DNA from: a virus
Lineage: Duplodnaviria; Caudoviricetes
IMG/VR virus record: IMGVR_UViG_3300037461_000357
Location: 1 to 27,531 of that record
Reading direction: 5' to 3' (one strand)
Length of the DNA stretch: 27,531 bases
The position numbers and the translations under genes were made by a program. The notes beneath the pieces were generated by a model that saw nothing but the letters and a program-made list of their open reading frames with translations, did not search any database and was not told where the DNA came from. Within the stretch, counting starts at the first letter, position 1, and each line of letters begins with the position of its first letter. This document shows positions 7,356 through 13,783 of the stretch, one piece after another.

Positions 7356-9521
7356 ATGGCCGAGACGACGCGCGAAAAGCTAGCCCGCGAGATGACGCAC
7401 TGGGCGCCCGTCGACAATACGGGACAGCGGCTCCCTGATTGGCTGGGCGACATCTGGAACAGCATGAACACGCTACAGCGCCTGTCCCTGCTGCCAGTTC
7501 CCATCGCGTCAGACTTGGCTGGACTCGCGGGTGACGTGCAGATGTACGCCGAGGACCCTGAGACGCGCGGCATGGGCAACTACGCCATGAGTGCGCTTGG
7601 GCTGCTGCCGTTCGTCCCGGCCGCCACGACCAAGATCGTCGGAGGCAAGAAAGTTGCCGCCCGCAACCTCAAAGGGCAGCGCCACAGCGTCGCCAAGAAC
7701 ACCGTTCGCAACCTGGACCCGGAGGAGATGCTGGGCGCGGCTCGGCGTGGTGTTCACCTCAAGCAGGACCCCAAGACCGGGCAGTACATCGGCGGCCCGC
7801 GCGGCATCGACTCCCCAGCAAAGCTGGCACAGATGCGCAAGCAGTTCGACATCCTGGTCGAGGCGGGTGCTGGCGGCGGCGATTGGTATCAGCGCGTCCA
7901 CGACGCCGTCAAAGAAGTCACTGGCGGTGATCCGAAGAAGATGTCGCGCATGTTCAACGAGCTGGCCATCACTAGCCCGCAGGCGACGCCAGAGACGAAC
8001 TTAGGGTTCGCGCTGGCTGGCCACAATGCCTATGAGGCCGGCGTGCCGGCCGCGCGGATGCGCACAGGGGCGATCGCTGCAAACTACAACGCCGCCCGAG
8101 ACGCCGGAACGCTGGCCAAGACAGGCCCCAAGACGGGCGTGTATCAGGCGAACATGGAGACGGGCGGCAAGGCGCTAGTGCCAACCAACGATATCTGGCA
8201 TGCGCGTTCGTTTGGCTACGTTGGCGACAACGGCAAGGCGTTCAGCCGCGGTTTGACAGACACCGAGCATGCTTTCCTTGACGCCGAGACGCTGCTCGCC
8301 GTGAACCGCGCCAACCAGCGCAAGCTGGGCGGGCGCTCTGATTGGACGACCGGAGAGATACAGGCGGCGCCGTGGGTGAAGCAGCGCGCCGACAAAGTGT
8401 TCAAGGACAAGAAAGGCAAACTGAGCTGGGCCGAGGCATTCGACGAAGCGAACAAGACATACCCTGACTACTTCGCGAAGCACGCCGCCAACGCCACGCA
8501 CGAGTCTGTGCCATACCGCGGAGCCAATCACCTGCCCGGCCTGCTTGAGGCGGACGACGCCACTCGCGCCGCGTTCGGCGCAGACCCTCGCTCGACCTGG
8601 GCGACGGCGCCGGGTGGGCGCGACGGGCTGTATGACGAAGCTGGCATGTACGCTCTGCCCACCACGCAGGCCACAGGCAACTACACGCCGCCTGGCGGTG
8701 TGCTGGAAGTGAACCCGGCCGAGGTTGCGCATCCCCTGGTGTCCTTCACGCCGTCAGTGAAGGGCGTGAAGGAGATCAACCCGGTGGACGCCGACATGCT
8801 CAAGGCCATCGAGGCCGTGCGTGGATACGTTGGCGTGCAAGGCGCGGCGCCGGTATCCATGCCGGTCCTGCAAACGCGGGCCGGCGCGAACCGCAGTGCG
8901 TTCTTCCCGACCGGCGAGCCGCTAACCAGGCAGCAGCTCGTCGACCTCAAGGCGGTCGCTGGCGAATACGGCCTTGAGCCGATTGATTACGGCACTGGCG
9001 TGCTGCTCGCCAACAACGCGGATATTTACGCGCAGCCGGTCAAGATCAAGAGCGGCGCCGAGATGGGCAAGGCGATCAAGGGAACCAGAAAAGAGCCCGG
9101 CCTTGACACGAAGATTGCCGGCCTGTTCAGCCCGGACACGGTCCTCAAGCGCACCGACATGCGCAGCATCTACCCCGGCTATGAAGACGCTTTCGCGAGC
9201 ACGGAGCCCGGCGCCGTAACGCGCCAGCTCATGCAGTACCTGGACGAGGCGGCGCAGGGCGCCCCTGGCACTGTCGCAAGGCTAGAGCAGAGCGCGGTGA
9301 TACCGCAGCGCGCCGCGGCGCTGGCAGCGCGCGATGCGGATTGGGCCGCCAAGCTCAATACGCCCGTCAACCCTCTTTGGCAGAACGCGCGCGACGTGCT
9401 TTCGAGGGGCGGGATTCCCCTGCTCCGCGAGACGTTGCGGCGGGCGCCGCAGACCCTTCCGGCACTGATGCTTCCGGGCTTGCTGTTTGGTCTTTGGGAT
9501 CGCGACGAAGCCACGATATAG
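7356..9521 (+). CDS. Virion-delivered effector-like protein with pre-toxin-like hairpin and HhH-GPD-superfamily-like core (721 aa)
   Basis: GGAG SD. Last gene of the ejection cluster. Motifs DWY...AITSPQ..ETN...TGPKTGVY...VPTNDIWHAR...QAAPW. Confidence 0.5.
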   Translation: MAETTREKLAREMTHWAPVDNTGQRLPDWLGDIWNSMNTLQRLSLLPVPIASDLAGLAGDVQMYAEDPETRGMGNYAMSALGLLPFVPAATTKIVGGKKVAARNLKGQRHSVAKNTVRNLDPEEMLGAARRGVHLKQDPKTGQYIGGPRGIDSPAKLAQMRKQFDILVEAGAGGGDWYQRVHDAVKEVTGGDPKKMSRMFNELAITSPQATPETNLGFALAGHNAYEAGVPAARMRTGAIAANYNAARDAGTLAKTGPKTGVYQANMETGGKALVPTNDIWHARSFGYVGDNGKAFSRGLTDTEHAFLDAETLLAVNRANQRKLGGRSDWTTGEIQAAPWVKQRADKVFKDKKGKLSWAEAFDEANKTYPDYFAKHAANATHESVPYRGANHLPGLLEADDATRAAFGADPRSTWATAPGGRDGLYDEAGMYALPTTQATGNYTPPGGVLEVNPAEVAHPLVSFTPSVKGVKEINPVDADMLKAIEAVRGYVGVQGAAPVSMPVLQTRAGANRSAFFPTGEPLTRQQLVDLKAVAGEYGLEPIDYGTGVLLANNADIYAQPVKIKSGAEMGKAIKGTRKEPGLDTKIAGLFSPDTVLKRTDMRSIYPGYEDAFASTEPGAVTRQLMQYLDEAAQGAPGTVARLEQSAVIPQRAAALAARDADWAAKLNTPVNPLWQNARDVLSRGGIPLLRETLRRAPQTLPALMLPGLLFGLWDRDEATI

Positions 9522-9624
9522 GACCGTTGCCGAGCTGCTTGTAGAACTCAGCCTCCTGCGCCTTGGTCATACGACCCACCATGACCCAGCAGCCGTCCGG
9601 GTGATACTTCACAAGCCTGGCCAT
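9367..9624 (-). CDS. Small antisense protein (85 aa), candidate antirepressor or immunity protein
   Basis: Strong SD GAGGAGG (9632-9638, -) before ATG 9624. Folded-looking N-half (MARLVKYHPDGCWVMVGRMTKAQEAEFYKQLGNGPISWLRR). Overlaps the 3' end of the 721-aa gene. Confidence 0.6.
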   Translation of the reverse strand: MARLVKYHPDGCWVMVGRMTKAQEAEFYKQLGNGPISWLRRDPKDQTASPEASVPEGSAAPAATSRGAGESRPSKARRARSAKEG

Positions 9625-9773
9625 TTTTCGCCCTCCTCAGATCAGTCTAACACCAGCCGCTTTCAGCAACCTTTCCGCTGTTTCCCGGCGGCTGGTTCCG
9701 TCAAGCGTTTGACGCTGGCACTCGGCGATTGCCGTGCGGCGTCAGTCGCTTGCGCTGCCGTCGTCGTCGGAAC

Positions 9774-9793
9774 TACTGGTAAACCCTACAGTG
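9774..9793. promoter_or_regulatory. LexA (SOS) box in the spacer of a leftward promoter
   Basis: TACTG-GTAAACCCTA-CAGTG = CTG-N10-CAG with consensus flanks. On the - strand it lies between TGGACA (9792-9797) and TAGTTC (9770-9775), 16-nt spacer. Confidence 0.55.
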
Positions 9794-9857
9794 TCCATCC
9801 TGCCGCGCCCTGGCGCGGCCGGATCGCTGTCGCGCGGCCTAACAAATCCGGGGGTGT

Positions 9858-10136
9858 CTAACGCCGCCTTGCTTCAAGCGCGCCTTTTGTCGCGGCGACA
9901 AGCTGCTCCAGCGTTTCGGCAGAGATGGCCCAGCGGTTGTCTCCTTGCAACATGGGATCCAGCCAGCACTCCAGCAGGCTGGCGAGAATCTTGTTTTCCG
10001 CGCGCAACTCCTCAATCTCGCGCGCCGCCGCCCACTCGCGCTCGTTCTTCGGCACCCGGCTGTCCATGATTTCAGAAATCAAATCGCTATGCGGCGTTGA
10101 CTGATAGGCAGTCGGTTCTTTCTTCTCGTCGTTCAT
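9858..10136 (-). CDS. Hypothetical phage protein (92 aa), coiled-coil
   Basis: ATGA overlap with the integrase stop. Contains AAREIEELRAEN. Confidence 0.6.
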   Translation of the reverse strand: MNDEKKEPTAYQSTPHSDLISEIMDSRVPKNEREWAAAREIEELRAENKILASLLECWLDPMLQGDNRWAISAETLEQLVAATKGALEARRR

Positions 10137-11101
10137 CTTATCGGCCTCACCTTCGTAACACTGCGTCGCGCGATGTAACTCTCCGTCATCGTCGCGCTGC
10201 TATGGCCCGCCAGAGCCTGTGCGTAATCGATGCCGGATTTCTCCTTCGCGGCCGTCAGCACGGTCGCACGCAGATCGTGGAAGTGTGCGTCCTGCACGCC
10301 GACCCGGCGGCACAGCCTGATCCACGCCGTCTGGACCGCGCCAGACTTCACAGGCGCACCGCGGTCGTCCGCGAATAGGTAGACCGAGCCTACCCGCCGC
10401 CGCAGCCGCTTGGCGCGGCCTACGGCCTCACGCAGCGCGTCCGACCACTGGTACAGCACTCGCGCGCCGGTCTTGCCGTGCTCCACCTGGATGCCGTCGT
10501 CCGTCAGGTCCGACAGGCGCAGCCGCAGCAGGTCCCCCTGCCGCATGGCCGTGAGCAAGGCTAGGTCGATCAGGCACCTCATCCTGGGATTGGCCGCCTC
10601 GCGCAGCGCCGCCAGCTCGCCGTCGGACAGCACCCGGCGGCGGTCCTTGGCCGCTGGCATCTCGACGCCACGGCACGGGTTGACGGTGATCCAGCCGAGC
10701 CGGTGGACGTACCCCAGCGCGGCGGACAGCAGCTTGATCTCCTGCCGGCCGGACGCCTTGGCCGAGCGCGCGTCCAGGTACTCATAGACGTGCGTGGCCT
10801 TGATCTGCGCCACGTCCGAGAACTCGGCGAAGGCGGCTTCCAACCGCTTCCTGTGCTTGCCGTAGGCGGCGACCGTAGACTCGGCGAGGTCCGGCGCCTT
10901 GTGCAGCAGGTAGCGGTCAATCGCCGCCGCCACCGTCCTGGTCAGCGGCTTGCTGGCCTCGCCTTCGATGGCCTGCCAGAGCTTCACCGCTTCGGACAGG
11001 TCGGCGCTCAGGCGCTTCCACACCACACGGCCACCCTGGCGGCGCACGTAGTAGTACGCCCCATGCCGGAAATGCAGATGCTTGAGCTTGACGGGTGTCA
11101 T
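10133..11101 (-). CDS. int: Tyrosine recombinase/phage integrase (322 aa)
   Basis: Start ATG 11101 (MTPVKLKHLHFRHGAYYYVRR) in ATGA overlap. Catalytic set R (TAMRQGDL), K (HGKTG), HxxR (FHDLR), H (AGH), Y (TESY). Confidence 0.92.
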   Translation of the reverse strand: MTPVKLKHLHFRHGAYYYVRRQGGRVVWKRLSADLSEAVKLWQAIEGEASKPLTRTVAAAIDRYLLHKAPDLAESTVAAYGKHRKRLEAAFAEFSDVAQIKATHVYEYLDARSAKASGRQEIKLLSAALGYVHRLGWITVNPCRGVEMPAAKDRRRVLSDGELAALREAANPRMRCLIDLALLTAMRQGDLLRLRLSDLTDDGIQVEHGKTGARVLYQWSDALREAVGRAKRLRRRVGSVYLFADDRGAPVKSGAVQTAWIRLCRRVGVQDAHFHDLRATVLTAAKEKSGIDYAQALAGHSSATMTESYIARRSVTKVRPIR

Positions 11102-11838
11102 GCCGTTTCGCCAAACAGGTCGCGGTGCGGCCAGTGCCACGTCGGAGGCGAGTTGTTCGCCTCGATGCGCGCCGCAATCACGGCGGCACGCTGTGCGCGT
11201 GATGGCGCCGGGTACATTCCAAAGCGCGGAATGGCGCCGCTGTTCACGGCGGCGTTTGTCGAGTCGGCCGATGCGAGTGGCAGGCGGGTGAAGATTTCCG
11301 GGTCCAGCATCCGCAGGCCGTGCAGGCGCGTCATAGGACGACCGTGCTCGTCGCAGATCGCCGTCATCGCGTCGGCCATGCGGAGCCACCAGAAGTCTGT
11401 GCCTGGATTCGGCCACTGACCGGAACTGCCAAGAGCGACACGCGGCCACCGGCAAGCCAATGCGGACAGACGGTCGATGGACTCGTGCATGTGCCAAACC
11501 GGCACGCCAACGATGTCGCAGCATTCGTTGGTCCACTGATCCAGCAACTCATCGTTGGCCGCTTCATCGCCATCAATCACGTCAGGGATCAGGCACCAAT
11601 CGAACGACGGGTGCATGTGCCACTCGCGCACCCACTTGATATAGCCGAAGGTGTCCAGCGGCCGGCCTTTCTTCCAGGTCGTGAACGCGCCGTTGTCCAG
11701 CACGAAGGATTGGCAGACATCGGCGACGATGGCGATGTCGTCCGGCCGCGCGAACGACACCAAAGCATGGCGGCCGATCAGAAACTGCGCCACTTCGGCC
11801 TTGCTGCCGCCAATCGGTGTCCCGTGATAGTGGATCAC
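11098..11838 (-). CDS. TGT-fold (queuine tRNA-ribosyltransferase/DpdA-like) protein (246 aa)
   Basis: Motifs FVLDNGAF, PDVIDGD...N, VPVWH, VALGS, RLHGL, ASADST in the order expected for TGT/DpdA-like TIM barrels. Confidence 0.6.
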   Translation of the reverse strand: MIHYHGTPIGGSKAEVAQFLIGRHALVSFARPDDIAIVADVCQSFVLDNGAFTTWKKGRPLDTFGYIKWVREWHMHPSFDWCLIPDVIDGDEAANDELLDQWTNECCDIVGVPVWHMHESIDRLSALACRWPRVALGSSGQWPNPGTDFWWLRMADAMTAICDEHGRPMTRLHGLRMLDPEIFTRLPLASADSTNAAVNSGAIPRFGMYPAPSRAQRAAVIAARIEANNSPPTWHWPHRDLFGETA

Positions 11839-11948
11839 AGCGCCCCCACCCTCAATCGCGGCTCCCGCGCCGGACGGCCACCCTGGCGCCGGACGTAGTA
11901 GTACGCGCCGTGCCGAAAGTGCATGTGCCTGAGCTTGACGGGTGTCAC
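11835..11948 (-). CDS. 37-aa chimeric ORF: integrase N-terminus fused to excisionase C-terminus
   Basis: MTPVKLRHMHFRHGAYYYVRRQGGR-PAREPRLRVGAL*. GTGA overlaps at both ends. Diverged copies of ~11027-11101 and ~12136-12178. Confidence 0.6.
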   Translation of the reverse strand: MTPVKLRHMHFRHGAYYYVRRQGGRPAREPRLRVGAL

Positions 11949-12139
11949 AGCTTTCTGAGTTCTATGGCAAGGCCCTGGCCTATAGCCGCCAGCGCGTGCG
12001 ACAACGACACGAAAATCTGATCGCCTATTGAATCAGGCATTCCATCACGCTCAAGCAGCGCGACGATCTCCATTTGCGCATCACTGACATGCCGGCTTGC
12101 CTCGCAGAAGCACCCAACAATATTCGCATCGTAGCTCAC
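11945..12139 (-). CDS. Hypothetical protein (64 aa)
   Basis: GTGA overlap with the xis stop. Lower-GC appearance. Confidence 0.5.
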   Translation of the reverse strand: MSYDANIVGCFCEASRHVSDAQMEIVALLERDGMPDSIGDQIFVSLSHALAAIGQGLAIELRKL

Positions 12140-12336
12140 AACGCCCCCACCCTCACCCGCGGCTCCCTGACCGGCCGCTTGGACAGCAGCCTACCCTCCA
12201 CCTCCGCGCGCAGCACGCGCGGCCTGCCGTCGGCGCCGCAGACGAACCGCAGACCCTGCGCCGCGAGCCAGCGGATCTGGCTGCTCGACCGCTTCCTGCC
12301 GCAAAGCTCGATCAGTTCAGCCGCCGACAGGAACAC
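12136..12336 (-). CDS. xis: Excisionase-like DUF4224 protein
   Basis: MFLSAAELIELCGRKRSSSQIRWL...G..F....DGRP is the DUF4224 pattern usually found upstream of integrases. Confidence 0.7.
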   Translation of the reverse strand: MFLSAAELIELCGRKRSSSQIRWLAAQGLRFVCGADGRPRVLRAEVEGRLLSKRPVREPRVRVGAL

Positions 12337-12520
12337 GTTCGCCGCCCTCTACCTCGACAAATGGCGCTCCGCTGCGCCAAGCGTCGAAATCTTCGCCGAC
12401 CGTCGAGATTGGCAGGTTATGCAACCGCTCAATCGCCTGAAGCAGGCCGTCTTTGCGGTGGCGCACCATGAAGCGATACGTAACCGTAACCGTGGTTTCG
12501 GTAAGCGACCATTCACTCAT
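12317..12520 (-). CDS. Hypothetical protein (67 aa)
   Basis: ATGAGTGA overlap with the upstream gene. Confidence 0.5.
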   Translation of the reverse strand: MSEWSLTETTVTVTYRFMVRHRKDGLLQAIERLHNLPISTVGEDFDAWRSGAPFVEVEGGERVPVGG

Positions 12521-12794
12521 CGCCCAGCGCCTCCCGGATGCGCCGTTTTAGGTTGTCAGAGACGATATACCAATCGACACAAACCCCGAGATCGCGCAGC
12601 AACCCGCGCAGTACTTCATTTTCAATGGCCGCCTCACAAGGAAAGTTTGCCTCATCGCGGAACAACTGCCGCTGCTCATCGCACGAGGATTGCAGTGCTT
12701 CGCGCAGCCGCTCGATCTCGTCATCACGCTCCTTTATGTCCTGCGCCATTGCATGTAGCGACTCGCCCAGGATCTTCTCGGAATCTTCACTCAT
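12513..12794 (-). CDS. Hypothetical coiled-coil protein (93 aa)
   Basis: ATGAGTGA overlap. DDEIERLREAL segment. Confidence 0.55.
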   Translation of the reverse strand: MSEDSEKILGESLHAMAQDIKERDDEIERLREALQSSCDEQRQLFRDEANFPCEAAIENEVLRGLLRDLGVCVDWYIVSDNLKRRIREALGDE

Positions 12795-12993
12795 CCTTAA
12801 GGTCCTCAGAGATCCCCAATTCTTTCAGTACAACATCTTTTAACGATTCATACTTTTTAAGCCAATGATCTCTAGACTTTCTCACAATACCTAGCTGATA
12901 TTGCAGCCGCTCGATCTCGTCGGCGGCTTCGGCTCGTTCGCCGTCCGTCAGCGGATCGCGCCGCAGGCGCAGCCTCTCCGCGATGTCAGTCAT
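12787..12993 (-). CDS. Hypothetical protein (68 aa, MTDIAERLR...EAADEIERL family)
   Basis: GGAGGGG SD before ATG 12993, ATGA overlap. Confidence 0.6.
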   Translation of the reverse strand: MTDIAERLRLRRDPLTDGERAEAADEIERLQYQLGIVRKSRDHWLKKYESLKDVVLKELGISEDLKDE

Positions 12994-13166
12994 CGGCCCC
13001 TCCCGTTGAGCTTCTGCCGCGTGCGCCACGCATTGACGCAGGCCGGATGGCCGCGGTGCACGGTGGTGTAGGTCGGCAGGTAGTTTGCGCCCGGCTCGCC
13101 GACCACGAGCGGCTTGCCGCACAAGGCGCACATCTTGCCGGGTCCCTTGTTGCGCGTGATTCGCAT
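12990..13166 (-). CDS. Small zinc-finger-like protein (58 aa), not in the ORF track
   Basis: MRITRNKGPGKMCALCGKPL...HRGHPACVNAW (CxxC...HxxC). TGATG overlap with the SSB-like gene. Confidence 0.6.
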   Translation of the reverse strand: MRITRNKGPGKMCALCGKPLVVGEPGANYLPTYTTVHRGHPACVNAWRTRQKLNGRGR

Positions 13167-13432
13167 CAGAACGGGATATCGTCCGACCAGTTGTCTACCG
13201 GCTCAGGCTCGGCCTTGCGCTTCGGCGGCACCATCGAGGCCGGCTGCTCCTTCCGAGTGAACGCGAGCTTCTGGTACTTCTCGCCCGTGCGCTCGGAGGT
13301 GTTCGTCCAGGCGGACACCCAGTACTCGACGCCGTCGACCATTGCCGATCCCTTGGCGTGCGGCTGGCTATCGTTTTCTCGCTTGTCGTTCTTAAAGAGC
13401 GAGCCGCTGTTGTCTTTCTGCTCGTATGGCAT
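13166..13432 (-). CDS. Phage single-stranded DNA-binding protein (DUF736-like) with acidic tail
   Basis: GSLFKND...P..KG...G.EYWVSAW core and C-terminal SDDIPF (SSB-Ct motif). GGAG SD. Confidence 0.75.
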   Translation of the reverse strand: MPYEQKDNSGSLFKNDKRENDSQPHAKGSAMVDGVEYWVSAWTNTSERTGEKYQKLAFTRKEQPASMVPPKRKAEPEPVDNWSDDIPF

Positions 13433-13441
13433 TGTCGTCTC

Positions 13442-13783
13442 CTATTGAAACGCGCGCAGCTCGGCGCGCTCGGTTGCCTTTACTGACTGGTACAGGCTGC
13501 TGTACAGGCGCAGCGCCTCCCACTCCGCGTCCGCGCGGCCGTACTCCAGCTCGGCCGCCTCGATGCTCTCGATCATGTGCAAATAGTCGTCGCTGGCCCT
13601 GGCCTCGCGCTCCTGCGCCGCCACGCTCTGGTACTCCAGGGCGAACGCCTTTGAGAGCACGGCTAGCAGCATCTTGCGGCGGTGCTCCAAGCCGACGAGC
13701 TTGCTGCGGGCCAGCGCCCGGCGCTCGCCGGCCGCGCGCAGCCGTTCCAGCCACCGCTCAAGCCGCTCGGTGCTCTCATTCGT
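13442..13783 (-). CDS. Helical recombination-accessory (UvsY-like) protein, start codon uncertain (ACG)
   Basis: AAQEREARASDDY...YQSVKATER helical protein between exonuclease and SSB. No in-frame ATG at the expected start. Confidence 0.5.
   Translation of the reverse strand, partial: TNESTERLERWLERLRAAGERRALARSKLVGLEHRRKMLLAVLSKAFALEYQSVAAQEREARASDDYLHMIESIEAAELEYGRADAEWEALRLYSSLYQSVKATERAELRAFQ

Noticed and set aside
9625-9745. Hammerhead ribozyme or tRNA in the structured region
   Set aside because: No intact CUGANGA/GAAA core and no T-loop GTTCRA with a cloverleaf found by eye.
9645-9862. RYYYAAC motifs suggesting integron attC sites
   Set aside because: All are on one strand with no matching downstream GTTRRRY, and the integrase lacks an evident IntI-specific insertion.
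11102-11536. 145-aa N-terminal extension of the integrase in the ORF track
   Set aside because: It overlaps the TGT-like gene in another frame. The coupled ATG at 11101 and its duplicate at 11948 mark the real start.
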